In this document: positions 44,661 to 59,228 of the stretch, piece by piece
Numbering within the stretch: position 1 is the stretch's first letter
How the letters are laid out: every line of letters starts with the position of its first letter
DNA from: the human T2T-CHM13v2.0 reference genome, Homo sapiens
Length of the DNA stretch: 64,000 nt
Reading direction: 5' to 3' (one strand)
Assembly (NCBI RefSeq): GCF_009914755.1
Contig: NC_060927.1
Notes under the pieces: model-generated
What the model was told of the DNA's origin: nothing
Databases searched by the model: none
Seen by the model: the letters and a program-made list of their open reading frames with translations, nothing else
Program-made: the position numbers and the translations under genes

Positions 44661-45256
44661 CTGCAAATTCTAAACAGAATCATACTTTACCTCTTTCTCT
44701 CCACTCAAATATTTTAATATTTCAAATATCTAAATAGAAGGATGAAGCAGTAAAACATTTTTCAAAGTAGTACCAGCCACCATGCTGTTTGCCACCTAAA
44801 TATTTGAACTTGAGGTTTGAATTGCCCTAACATAATCTTATGCTTTTTTTTTTTTTGCATTTCATCTCAATCCAATCTGCTTGTTTGTAGATCAATAACA
44901 ATAATTTGGGAATAATGATTTAAATAAGAAACTTCAGTGAATGAGCTGATGATTACAAGGAGATTAAGATTTTGAACTGTTACTATGAAACTTTTAAAAA
45001 AGATCCTGAAAGGTTAATGTGTAAAATTTAAATCCCCATGTCCTAAATAGTTTAATCTGAATATTACCTTTAGGTAAATAGGGGAAATAACAATTAGACT
45101 ACTTTGTTAGAATAATTTGGGTTTGGGATGGCAGCTGGGGTTAAGAAATAGAATTGAATATTTAAAAAAGTTGGTGGTAGTAGAACTGAATTTAGGCTTG
45201 GTGTCTATGAGTCAGAAGAAAATCTTTGTTGGTGAAAGTTTCTATTCATTTCTTAC

Positions 45257-45517
45257 ACTGAAAGGATATTTTCCAAACTAAATTGTGGGCTGCAGTTGTC
45301 ATAGAAACTAATAAGCACTTTGTAGCAACTTCGCAATACCTTCTCTGTAAGTGAGGCTCTAAGATAAGCTGCGCCAGCTGCAACTTTTGGAGGGCCTATG
45401 GGAGAATTCTCCAGGGTGGCTCTGGGCTTTGACACAGTGATGGGAATGTGGCTGTGTGAACAGCAAGTACAGGATTAGCTAAGTCTCTTGGGATGTGCAC
45501 AACTAAGCAGCCTCATT
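45257..45517 (-). pseudogene. Candidate exon K
   Basis: Acceptor ggtttccatgtttacag|, donor AGT|gtaaga; 261 nt; phase 2 with one stop (MRLLSCAHPKRLS*SCTCC...PPKVAAGAAYLRASLTEKVLRSCYKVLISFYDNCSPQFSLENILS). Confidence 0.5.
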
Positions 45518-46407
45518 CTGTAAACATGGAAACCAGTTTAAAAAGAACCAAAGGGATGTGTGTTCTCTTGTGAGAACTAAAATAAGGCCACTTACAGTGT
45601 TTGTATTGGGTGATACAGATTTTTGCTTAAATTTAACTTTAGACTTAACTTTTGCTGACTGACATGCTGACTTTGACCAAAGAATTTGGATTTTCCCGCT
45701 TTCTTTGTTGAGATATGGAAATTTATAGGTATTGCAAAGAAGGAAAAGGGTATGTGCACACATAAGGTGTGTATGGATATGTAGGTAGATGGAATATGCA
45801 GAGGGCTTGAAAATAAAGTACAAAAAAAAGAAGAGAATAACGGAAGAACTTGAGAATTATGACTTTAATCTCTTAGAATTTAATGGAAAGCTAAATTTAG
45901 CTAAACAGATATATGTTTATGGAAAACTGTGTTTATTTCACACGATTCCACCCGTTTTCAGATTCTTTAATTTCAACTTTTAATCTCTGTCTTTCATGAA
46001 GATAAAGTCTGTGCCTTTTAAATTTTTTGTGCCCATATGTTTATCAGATAATATTACGGCATATGAAAAGACTCAGCTACCAAATGCATGGAGTTTCGCT
46101 TGCAGAAAGAAAGCAGTGTTTTTTGGTGGGCTATTTTGTATTTTTACTTCAGAAAGAGTCTATATTGTATCTTTTGAACTTCCTAAAACCAAAAACTGCA
46201 TTTCTGCCCTATTTCCTGGTGAGATAATAGATTACATTTACAAGGCTGGGGCTAGTTCCTTGCAAACATTTCTAACATTTTTAGGTCCTAGTTTTTCATG
46301 ATCAGTGTGTCCCTTTTTATTATGCCACTAGTTTTGTGTCAGTAACGCATAAACCAAAGCCAAAAAGAAAAAATAACAACAACAAACTTCTATGAAATAA
46401 ACTCCTG

Positions 46408-46809
<402 letters not shown>

Positions 46810-46828
46810 TCACCTGGACTATTACATA

Positions 46829-47313
46829 TGTACTACATATCTATTGATGAATAACAAACAAGTTACCCTGGAACTTAGCTTAAAACAATAAACATTTCTC
46901 ATCTCACACAGGAAGTGACTTAGCTGGGTGGTTCTGACTTGGTCTCTCATAAGGTTGCTGTCAAGTTGTCTGCTGGGCTGAAGGACATTCTGGGACTAAC
47001 GGATCTGCTTCTGTGTGGATGACAGGTTAGTGCTGGTTTTGGAAAGGAGGCCTCAGTCCTTGCCATGGGGACTCTCCATAGGGCTGATAGAGTGTCCTCA
47101 TAACATGGCAGCTGGCTGCCCCCCAGAGCGAGTGATCCAGGAGAGAGCAAAGTAAAACCCACAATGTTCATGACCTAATGTAGGAAGTCACACAGTCATT
47201 TTCACAACATTCTCTGGTTACACAGATCAGACACATTTATTATATGACAAAAGGTGTGAATGTCAGGAGATGGGGATTGTTAAGAGCCATCATGGAGGCT
47301 GGTTACCACCACC
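46829..47313 (-). mobile_element. MLT1 (F/G-like) LTR
   Basis: cttaaaacaataaacattt...ttagctgggtggttctg...catggcagctggct...gagccatcatggaggctggttaccac; 5-bp TSD ACATA. Confidence 0.78.
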
Positions 47314-48409
47314 ACATAAATGTCCAAAAGTCATGAAGGAAAATGAGACTAGGGCTGTGGGTCTGGAATCTTCCAAAAGACTATAAAAGTAGATTTTCTC
47401 TATTTTAGGAAACATGCAATCTAATTATTTTAAGTATCATGTTTAGAATTTTGCACTCTTCTCTTGGCTTAAAAAAGAGAAGGGGATTGAGGACAGGTCT
47501 ATAATTTTTAGGTCAAATCACATAAGGGTCAGAAAGGAACTAACACTCTACCACTGGTCAGGCACTTTACATGAATTCTGTCACACCTCACAACAGCCCT
47601 CGGAGGTGAGTGGTATTAGTCCCACTTGCAGATTCAAAAATTATGTTCCAGAGAAGTTTAGTAATTTTCTCATCGCCACACAGGTACTACGTAGTTGAGC
47701 CCTCATTCAAATCCTGGTGGCTTTGGTGCTAAAGTTTGTGAGTTTCTTATTACATCATACAGTAATGGGCAGTACACTCCAGGTGGGTGGGCGCCAGTGC
47801 CCGCCACCTTCACTGGTGAATACAGAGCACCTTGCATGCACATAATAGGCAACTTATAGATATTTGTTGAATATGTGAAATTAATTAATGTCTGTATATA
47901 CTGAAATTACTACCTGAGATATTTATTTTGATCCCCAGAGTTGGTCTTTTAGATAAACTCAAGACTTCAGACTTAGTGGAATTATATTGCAGCACATTTG
48001 GAAAAGCAATCTGCTTAAAACTAGATGAAATGGCATGTACAAATGTGGCTAGTAGTGTCTGACAAATATTAGGTGCTCAAAGACTATTTTACTCTCCACT
48101 TTGCAATTGTGGAAATTTTGTTCAAGTCATTGCATAATTAAGAAAACTTACAAATTTTCAAAAATAATGAAAAAAAGAGAAACATCCTACTTTTCCATAA
48201 AAAGGAAAAATATGGATTCTGAAGACAGCTAACTTTGTCTGCAAAGAGCTGATTGATAAATGAGTGATTTAGCTGCTCCTAGAAAACAGTGAGCATTTGG
48301 TCTACTGGCGAGCCAACCTTGTCCTGAATTGCCTGTTTTGTTTTCCCTAACAACTTTTCTATATTTATCTCCTCCATCCTGCTTCTTCCCCCGGTTTAGC
48401 AATGTGATT

Positions 48410-48860
48410 TATGATGGGGTGTTTAGGAATCCCCCAAGGTGGCTTGGCCACTAGAGGGGCTTGAGACTAAAGGTCAGCAACATGGACAGTCCCAAGCCCA
48501 AATAAAAACTACGGACCAAGGCTTAGGTGAGTTCCCTCATTGGCAATGCTTCATGCATATTGTCACAGATAGTTGCCAAGAGAATGTGGTGTTGCCCTTG
48601 ACTCCACTGCAAGGCTACAACTGGAGAGTCCGTGAGTGGGACTTGCCTGGATTCTTCTCCATGTGTCTCTTCTCTTGGTTGATTTTAATCTGCATCTTTT
48701 AACTCTAATAAAATACAACCTTAGTATAACAGCTTTCAGTGAGTCTGGTACGTCCTTCTAGTGAATTATTGAATCTGAGGGTTGTTTTGGGAACCCTGAA
48801 CTTGTGGTTGGTGTCAGAAGTGAGGGTGGTCTTGGCGACTTCCCTAACCCCTGCAACTGA
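48410..48860 (+). mobile_element. MER21C-like LTR fragment
   Basis: gttccctcattggcaatgct...ccttctagtgaattattgaatctgagggttgttttgggaaccc...ggtgtcagaagtgagggtggtctt. Confidence 0.7.
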
Positions 48861-49573
48861 TCATCCAATTGCACTTTTAAGAAAACCTGAACACCTTACA
48901 GTGGCCTTTGGGATCCAAAGCAGTAGTCTTTATCCACCTGTCTGACGTTATTTTGTACCACATTCATTCTCCCTCATTACCTCCGATCCCATTGTTCCTC
49001 CGTTTGGTTTTCAAACATGTCCGCAAGTGTCTTGGTACGTAGTTTCTTCTGTTGCATCTCTCTGGCTTCAGATATTTACGGGACTGATTGTTTTATTAAG
49101 GTATTAATTAAAATTATCACTTCTTCCAGTAAGTCCCATAGAAGGCAAAATCCTTGACTATTTTGTTCATTGTTGTGTCCAAGTGCTTAGAACAGCCACT
49201 AGCATGCATTGGGCATTCATTAAATATTTGTTAAAAGAGTCACAAAATGTATTTCCTTTTGAAAAAGCAGAGTAAATAAGCTGTCAGGTCAAGAAACTAT
49301 TAGAAGCCATAGTGTATTTTATATTAAAAGATGTAAACAAACCACCTCTCAATATACTTGGACTTAAGCATAGCTGGTAGAGAATTGATAAATGAATCAA
49401 TTTTCACTTGGTGGCTTACCTTAAGAGTTTCTCTAGCATTTTAATTAATGAGTTGGTAGAAAGATATGTACATCAAATTTTTAGATAAAAGAAAACAACA
49501 CTTGAAAGGGTCAGAACAGGTAGAACAAAGGAACAGAGACTATTAAACATAAAATTGAATTAGGATAAATTTA

Positions 49574-50007
<434 letters not shown>

Positions 50008-50238
50008 TTAGGTAGATACGATAATTTATATTTAAAAGCTATCAAGTGGAAGAGAGATTGGATTTATTTTGTGTAATTCTACAGATACTAATAAAACAAA
50101 GACTTGGAACTTTTGAGGAAAGATAGACTTTGATAAGGAAGAATATTCTGGCAGAGCTGTTCACAGTAAAATGGGGAGCGTGAGAAGGTACTGACCTATT
50201 TTGTTGCCATATAATGCATTTAAACCTTATCTAGGTAA

Positions 50239-50566
<328 letters not shown>

Positions 50567-50699
50567 GAACTCCATGCTTTTTAAAGACCTTTACAGGTCT
50601 CTGAGTTCTTGTAGTTTAGGAAATCTAGGGACCATTTTCCAAGATCTTAGGGAATCCATGGATCAGATCCTTAAGACAAGATGATATGTCAAAGTCAAT

Positions 50700-51775
50700 A
50701 ATGGCAGATTCCTCAAAGGATAAATACTCTGTCCACAAATTCTTTGACATTCCTCTCAAAATAGAGGCCAGCCTTAGGGACTCATGTCTAACAGGTGGAA
50801 TGCAGCGTGCTCCATGATTTGTGAGGCTAGAGAAGGTTAGAGAAGGTGAAATAGCTTTCATCTGACTTTTTCTTGGAACACTCTCCTTTGGAACCCAGCC
50901 TGTGTTCATGTCCAGAATTATATTTACTGAGTGACTTTGCCTAAGGCATTTAATTCTCTCAAATTTAGCAGTCACATGGCAAGATCACATGTTGGTATTT
51001 CCAGCCACATCTCCAGCTAAGGTCTCAGCTGAGAGCCAGCATCAACTGCCTGGCATGTGAATGAGTAAGTGAGCCTTTAAATGGTTCTATTATCCAGCCT
51101 TTGAGCCACTCCAGCTGGGGCCATTTGGAGCAGAGACAAGATGGCACTATCAAGCCCTGCCAAAATTGCAGGATTGTTCTGTGTTTTAACCATTTTACCT
51201 TAGGTGAGGTATGGTGAGGCCAGGCAGAGATCAAGAAAGAGAAGCTGGAAAGAGTTTTACAATTTTGTTACATTCATTGTTCCCTGAGAACACAGTATGC
51301 CATGCAGGGCCACTCAGCAGCAGAAGCACTGGGATTGGTGGTGCACAGAGAGAGAGGGGAACTCTGGGAAAGTGCTTTTATTGCACTGTGGGGTTTCTGT
51401 GGGAGAAAAAAAGGTGAGATAGGGCAAGTAGGCTTTGCATAGGCCAGTTGAATATTAGGAATAAGTGGGCTGATTGAATTGAGGAATCAGGGGCCTCTGA
51501 GGCATAAAGACTGTCCTCAGTTTTCTGGTATGTGGTTCTGAGGTGGTTAGGATGGGTGTACAGTGGCCCAGAACGAGAGAGCCTAATAAGGGAGATGCTT
51601 GAAGATGGATATAATTGACTGCTCAAGAAGGGGAACTGACCAGCCTGTAGCCTGAGCCTCAAAACTGGGCTAAGACAGCATTTATAAATCTATAATGCAG
51701 TGAGCAAAATAAATATTGGCATCATTTTAAGCCATCGCTTTGAGTAGTGTATTATGTATCAATAGATAATTGGAG
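50700..51775. mobile_element. MLT1 LTR (+) with a nested ERVL LTR (MER74/LTR53-like, about 51200-51680)
   Basis: ccacaaattctttgacattcct...cagcatcaactgcc...ccctgccaaaattgcag, resuming after 51690 (gtgagcaaaataaat...caatagataattgga). Confidence 0.6.
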
Positions 51776-52084
51776 CTTTCTGACTCTTGGTAGTTGTAGA
51801 AACTCACAAGATGAAGAGTCTGTTGTGCTCTTCTAGACATAGAGAGAATGTAATATCCCTGTCAGCTTCTAGGACCCTTCTGGGTCCCTGAGTTAGAGTT
51901 CTTCCCTGGATATGATTTACTAAGTCATCACATGGGCCCTAAAGCCTGGCCCAAACTGCGGCTCTTGTGAAGCCCCGAGGATGGGCTTTCTGTAGGTCTT
52001 CATGGGACAGCAGTGAGAGAGGAGCTTCCTGGATGTCAGAGAAAGAAGGTCTGTCTTAGCTCACTCTCAAGAGTAAAGGTTTCT

Positions 52085-52570
52085 GTCTTAGTTTGGGTTC
52101 ACCTCAATGTAAAGCTTGAGAAATGAATTTGGGTGCTTATAATTTATTTGGGGAGGATCCCAGAAAGCAGTAGTGAGGGTATGAGAAGAGTTAGACAAGG
52201 ATGGAGGAAAACCCAATGTAAGGGAGTGAAACAAAGACTTGATTCTCCTGGGGTCTTCTGAGAAGCATACTTTGCAGAAGCATCCACCTGTAGGATACGA
52301 GTCAGAGACATTTATCTGGCCCCCGTCATTTCCCCGTAGGTTGAAGGCTATCTCTGAGAGCAACCTTTGAACTATGCTTGTCCTTGGTCTGAGCAGGCTT
52401 CTATGGCATTGCATCAGAAAAGGCCTTTTGGCAGAAAGCAGAAAGATGGGTGACATGCCCTTGATGCCCTCAACCTGAGGGTAGTCTGAGCTCATGTGGA
52501 TTTTTGCTAAGGCTGAAATTCAAGGTGTCCAGGGTGATGTGCTATGAAACACCGAGGTATCTGCCACAAA
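52085..52570 (-). mobile_element. ERVL LTR (LTR16/LTR41-like)
   Basis: tgtcttagtttgggttc...tttatttgggaggatcccag...atctgccaca. Confidence 0.55.
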
Positions 52571-52802
52571 GTCAGGATAGGAAAATTTACTAAAATTGGA
52601 GTTAAAGGTCTGAGTTCCAGACCATAATTATACTAAGCAACCATGGCCAAGGCACTTAGCTTCCAGATTTAATTCTCTCATATATAAAATGAGGATAACA
52701 TTATTAGGTGACATTTTTGTGGAAGATACAAAGCCAGGGACAGTGAGTCACAAGGAGAGGTGAACTGGCTGGCTGTCAAGGGGCCTCCGGAGGAGGTGTT
52801 AC

Positions 52803-52905
52803 CATGGGGCATTTGCCATAACCTATGGCGACTAGGGTTTTCTGTATTCTCAGAGTGGCATCTTCTTTCAAGACAAGGCTTGTAACCAAATTTGTAAAGA
52901 TTGAC
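52803..52905 (-). pseudogene. Candidate exon L
   Basis: Acceptor cttttatgctgatttatag|, donor ATG|gtaaca; 103 nt; two frames open. Confidence 0.3.
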
Positions 52906-54255
52906 CTATAAATCAGCATAAAAGTTTATTACTTTAGAATGATAAATGTGAAAGTCACTGAGCATGAACAGTGCTATTCTTTGGCTAGGCCATACTGTCT
53001 TTGAAGGCAAGGAATTTTGGAAGTTCAAAGTCAGAAAGTTATTAAGTGAGAATAGGATCCAAATAAAGATAATTAGTTATGTGGTTGAATTTTGGAGCAC
53101 CAGGGTAAGGGTAGCCTGATGTATCGTTTTCTATTACAGGAATATTCCTCTCCCTTGAATAGGCATCAGCTTCTCTGACTTGTCCAGTGATTTTTTTTAT
53201 AAAGTAATTATTTATTATAAAGTCATTATAATGACTGAGGTATTGGCAAATATCTTCAAACTTGTCTTATGCGTGTCTGGGATTCAACTGACTTATAAAT
53301 CAACTTTGCATGTCTCTATCACTATGCATTGTATTGATTTTGCAGTGCAACTCTCAGAGGGAAAGGGTTTTTTTTCTTTTTTCTCTTTTTTTTTTTTAAC
53401 CAAACTCTTCAGGGGACAACTCATCCACTATACTGCCTGACAGGGTTATTGTAGAGATTAAAGGACATTGTTAAACTGATAAATACTGTGAGTTACTCTT
53501 GACATTATTAGATCATGGACTCCAGTAGGCAGTAATGGGCTTTGGTAAGTAGAAGAAAAGAGTTTTATAACCAATGAAATAGAAAAGTATTCTTAAACAT
53601 TTTTTTTCATTGAAGAGTTAAAGGACTTTTGTAATCATGAATAAAAGAGGTTGTGTTATTTTTTCATTAGCCGAATACTGCACTTAAAACTAGACTACTG
53701 TTGATCAAATTATAAACTGATATCCAAAGCACTGTGACGGATTTTATTAGGAATTGTCAAATACAGTGAAGGGGGAAACGACATGTATAAGTCTGGGTTT
53801 ATGGAACATAAAATATAATTTTTAACCTATTGGAGATAGACTAATTTTTAAAAGCTCAGTGTAAGAGGAACATTACTAACCTGGAAACTGGGAGACTAGA
53901 GCACTTGCCTTGTTCTGCTGACTAAAGAGCTGTATGACTTTGGCCAATTGTCTCATGGGAACTCAAGTTTTCTCAACAGTAAAAAGAGGACTAGTTTAGC
54001 TAATTCTATGTGCATTTTAGCTCTAAAACTTTCTGAAACAAGTAAAGATTCTGGCGGGTAGGAGCAATAGGAGTCAGATAACTTTAAAAAAGTGTGAATA
54101 TTTTAGAGGAAAGTAAGAGATGGGAAGAGCTTCAATTGTTGTAAAAGGGAAATTGCTAACCTGTATTCCAGAAAGTTGCAGTCTAACATTTTCAATTTTC
54201 TGACACTAAAATACAGAGATAATACTTGAAGAAAAGTTCATAGGAAGTCCCTAAT

Positions 54256-54365
54256 TATGGTGACCAGCCATCCAAGTTTGCCTGGCACTAAGAAATTTCT
54301 CAGAAAGCAGGACTTCCTCTATTAAATTGGGGAAAGTCCTGAGCAAAACAGGATGAATCAGTTTC
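54256..54365. mobile_element. MER94/MER81-like (hAT-Blackjack)
   Basis: tatggtgaccagccatccaagtttgcctggcac...aaagtcctgagcaaaacaggatg. Confidence 0.6.
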
Positions 54366-55332
54366 TTCCTTACTCCTAACATGCAGTCTGTGTTATTTCA
54401 GTATAGCTTCCAAACTGCCCCCTATGTTGATGGCAGCCAAGTGGTAAGAAAAGTTGCTACTAATAAACTTTAAACCCTACAAATGGTGCTTCTGAAAGGC
54501 ATATAATACTTAGGTGATGAATAGAGTTTTAAAGTCACAAGCTGGGGAATGTGCATAAAGGAAAGCAGACTAAGAGACAAGAGGCTAGAAACAAGCTTTT
54601 TTCCCAGTGTTCTGTATCCAGTAATTTGTTCATTCATATCTTCAGTGTTGTGAGTATACCCTCTGTGTGAAATTCAGTGCTTGTTGCTGGAAATGAAAAC
54701 AAATGAACAAAAAATTCATCTCTCATGAAATTTATTTTAATCTACCTTGTTGTTATTAAATGTCTCTTCCCATTCGTCTTCCAGAGCACTGTCCTGTAAG
54801 TACTCACACATCTCGGTTCTGAGTCCAGGGCCTAGTACTTGGCAGGCACTTGATAACTATTTATTGAATTGAATTTCTGTTGTTCCCTTTGTTCTTCTAC
54901 CTTTTAAAAAAGAAACTCTCTTTTCCCTTCTTTGTCTCAAATAATTCCACTAATATTTTTTCTCCAGGACTCAAAGCACTTGGCTAACATTTTCTGAAAT
55001 CTTTATAGCCTGTCTCTGAAATAGGTAAGAAGTACAGTGATAGCAATTGTACCTATCACTGGCTATGGTCTCTCTTGGTTCTCTTATATCCTATTACTGA
55101 TGGTTCATTTGAGCTTCCACAGAAGGTCAAGACACAGTTTAATAGTTCTCATGGCTCATTTTGGGCATCTGCAGGGCAGCAGACTCAGAAAAATATGTGG
55201 ACTTCAAAGGTACTTATCAGAGGAAATTCAGATCAAAGCAAATAGCACGGTAAATACACCTAGTGTGGGGCTCATGTTCTACAGCACAGGGCCTATAAAG
55301 GTCTCCTGAGGACGTAAGCCAGAAACAGCCAC

Positions 55333-55453
55333 CTGGAGTTGTAATTTTCCAGTCCTTCTGGAGATTTAGGTGAGGTCATTGCTGTGGATTCCATTTTGAA
55401 GTTTGGCAGCAGGAAGTGATCTTGGGATTTAACTCTGTCCGAGTGTCACTACA
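55333..55453 (-). pseudogene. Candidate exon M with a possible start codon
   Basis: Strong acceptor ttattattctgtcctattttcag|; AAAATGG Kozak context at 55394 (MESTAMTSPKSPEGLENYNS); donor uncertain (CAG|gtggct). Confidence 0.25.
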
Positions 55454-56255
55454 CTGAAAATAGGACAGAATAATAAGACATTTATGACAAGGCTATTTGC
55501 TTTTTGCATAATGTATGGAATTGAAAAGCTAAAAATATTACTAAATTTAAAAAATCCCTAATTAATTCCTATCACATTCCAGGGAGAAGATGAGGGTTAC
55601 GCTAGTTTTTCTTTTTTTATAGAAAGGACAATTGGATTTTTTAAGTAACTATTAAGGTTCACACATCAAATTAACAGCAATATACTCACATAGACATCTA
55701 ATGTGACCACCACAAAACATTTCTTGGTATCAATGGGTTGTGCATGTTTGAAACTATCTAAATTGTTGGACTTCGCTCAGATTCTAGGATTACAAGCCGT
55801 ATAGTAGGTGTGCTGTTTAATTTAATTTAATTATCTTCAATCAGTGTGACCTGGTATTTGCATTATTAATAGCCTTTATGTTTAGATCTGTCTGGTTGCT
55901 CCAATTTAGACAGACAATTTGTGAGTAGATACGCCTTTCTGCAATTGGATAAACTCCTGCACATGGGTAAGAAATGTCTTAAATTTGGAAATAAGCAATT
56001 GGAAAATTAGTTATCTTGTTAACAAGGCAGCCAGTCCTTCCTTAAGTGTGTGTTTACATGCATCTGAGTGTCTGTCTGTCTGTGTGTTATCTACCTGATT
56101 TTATTACAGATCATCAGTAACTCTTAAAAAAGAAAAAAAAAACAGAACTGTTTATAATTCTGCAGGGTCTTGATAAGAAAAATGCAGTAGGAAGGAGTTA
56201 GCTCAGTTAGTAATTCTCTTTCACTACACTTTGGAGATATACATAATTAAAACAA

Positions 56256-56320
56256 GTCTGTCTGTCTATCTGTCACCTACCTGTCTATCTATCTATCCAT
56301 CTATCTATAATCTATCTGTC
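56256..56320 (+). repeat. (TCTG)/(TCTA) degenerate microsatellite
   Basis: gtctgtctgtctatctgtc...tctatctatctatcca. Confidence 0.7.
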
Positions 56321-56366
56321 AATCAAGGAGTTAATATATTCATGTGGTTCAAAAATCACAAAGCAA

Positions 56367-56687
<321 letters not shown>

Positions 56688-57009
56688 CTCACAAAGTATA
56701 AAATAAAGTTCATAGTTACAAGTCTCTCTCCTATTTCTTGTTACCCCTCTGCCAAGACACTGCAGTCATACATAATGATTCTTCTTAATTTCTTGCGTCC
56801 AGATTTTCAGTTTAAAAAATTTATTTAAAAGCCAATTAAAATATGGCTTCTTTCCTTCTTTCTTTTACAAAAAGGTAACATATTACAGACACTCTTTTGC
56901 AGTTTCTTCACCTAACAAAGTGCTGTGTAATGGTGATCTTGCCTTAGCAGCACATAGACAGCTTCCTCTTTTTTACCTAGCTTCATGGTACTTCATTTTA
57001 TAGGTGAAT

Positions 57010-57193
57010 GTTTTTCAAATTTTAATATATATCAAAGTTACATAGAGGGCTTGTTAAAATACAGATTGCTGAGCTCTACCCTCAAGTCTCCAATGAAGAG
57101 ATCTACGGTGGGGTGTGAGAATTTGCATTTCTGATAAATTCCCGGGAGATGCTGATGCTGTTAGTCTGAGGACCATACTTTGAGAACCACTGC
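57010..57193. mobile_element. MER5A within an old L1ME fragment
   Basis: cttgttaaaatacagattgctg...atttgcatttct...gatgctgatgctg...actttgagaaccactg. Confidence 0.8.
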
Positions 57194-57911
57194 TCTAGAT
57201 ATATTATAATATGTTTAGCCTGATGATAGACAACAGAGATTTCTCCAACCTTTTGCTACTACAAACTATGAAGGAATGAATATTCTTATTCATATAACCT
57301 TTCAAACTAGTATAGGAGTTTTTGTAGGATAAATTTCTAAAAGTGGATTTTCTGGTCCAAGTGTTACATATATTTGTAATCTTGATACAAATTTCCACTA
57401 TAGTGTCAAATTGGTGGTGATTCCAATGTACACTTCTACCAACAATATATAAAAGTGCCTATTATACCATACCAAAAAAGCTTATTATAAAAACTATATC
57501 TGCCAGTCTAATAGATAAAAAATGGTTTTAATTTGCATTTACCTTTTCATGTAATGGAGAATTATTTGTATTTGTTTTTTGAAATTTACTTTCTGGAGTA
57601 AGTTCCCTAATTTTTCTAGAATTCCAGTTTCTTTATTTGTAAAATGAGAATATTGGTAATTTTTAGGAGTTAGGCAGTTCAAACTGCTGTGGCCTCAGGA
57701 CTTTATTTTTGGTCCCAAGTAAGTGAATGAATTCTACTTCATCTCATTACACAATTTCATTTATTTGTCCATTTATTTACTCATTAATCATTCAGTATCT
57801 ATAATATGCTAAGTACAGGACATAAAGAGATGTAAACCTTATTTTTGAGGCATTTACTGTCTACTAGAGGAGACCAACATGCAAATGGTTATGTTACAAT
57901 AAAATGATGGC

Positions 57912-58254
57912 TGTTAGGATGGAGAAAAGAGACAGAAACAAGGGGATGCAGGTCAAAAGCAACACAGGTTTATTGGACGAAGAAACCTGTGGAGGGGGAC
58001 ACCAGCTATGTGGCTGGAGCTCGAGCTCCTTTTACAGACTGGGGCAGTTACAGGTCTAGCTGGGAGAGGTGGAATTGTTGCAAAATGGGATGGGCGGTGT
58101 GGTTAGCTGCTGATAAGGGAAGAATTTCCTATGGCCAGGCAGTTGGGCCTGAGACCTGCCCGACAATGTGTTTCCCACTGCTGGGAAATTTCCACTCTGG
58201 CCAGGGTGTACAAAACGGTGGGAGGTTGACAAAATGGCGCAGCTTGGGCTAACA
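57912..58254 (-). mobile_element. LTR18A solo LTR (ERVL) inserted in an L2
   Basis: Minus strand TGTTAGCCCAAGCTGCGCCATTTTGT...AATAAA...CCTAACA; perfect 5-bp TSD ATGGC. Confidence 0.82.
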
Positions 58255-59228
58255 ATGGCTGTAACAAAGGTCCCTACAAAGCCCGGGGAAATGAAAACCT
58301 AATTGTCTCTGGGGGAATCAGGGAAAGCCTCATGCAAAAGATAGCTTTCAAGTGACACTTAATGATAAGGAGGCGTCTGCCAGGTGGACAAGTGGAGGAG
58401 GGTATCCAAGGCAGAAGAACAGCTTATGCAAAACCAAAGCAGCATGGGGAAATATGGGTATTCAGGGAACTAATGTAACATTGATTCTTGAACAGAAGGG
58501 ATGGGAGAAGGGCAACTCTGGTTTTCTAGTTCCCATTTGGGGTGGGAAAATGGTCTCAATTCCTTCAAATTGGCTCGTTCCAAACCCCAGACTATAATAT
58601 AAATGTTTCCCTCCTATTTCCAGTAACCAATTTTCTCTCTATTAGATCTCTCATCTAGTCCTCTTTTGACCATGGCATTTGTGGTTTGAACTCTTCTTTG
58701 TCTCAAATGAAGATTTATTTGAGGCCTTGCTGCATGAGCTTGCCAATTTAATGTTCCATCCTCTGCCACATAATTCTTAATGAGAGAGTCAGAGGTTAAT
58801 AGAAAAATAACATAGAAAGGAATATATCTTATGCTATAATTTTAAGAGTGTATATTCTCAAGGACTATTTGTGCAAATGGGGAGATGCTCAGAACATATT
58901 ATACAGAAAAGAGAGAGGATGCACAATGTCTAATGATAAAGCAAGAGTTGTGTTTGTTATTTTTCATATATAAATCAGTCTATCAATCATCTATCTTATT
59001 TATTTGGCTATAAAATTCTATATTTTTTAAAATTAATATATTCTGATATATTTCTACATTATTAAAACTCTTCATAGACAACACATTTAGGCTGCCTTGA
59101 CTGTCATCCTTGCACCATTTGGTGGATGACCACAAGTTGGTTCTTTATTCTTCTATTTTTAGACATTTGGGTTTGTGCATTTTATTCATATAAGCAGAGA
59201 TAAAAGAAAGAAATTATTAACAAAGTTT

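Noticed and set aside
53221-53236. Perfect 16-bp palindrome AGTCATTATAATGACT
   Set aside because: About one such palindrome is expected by chance in a window of this size; it lies next to a small slippage duplication.
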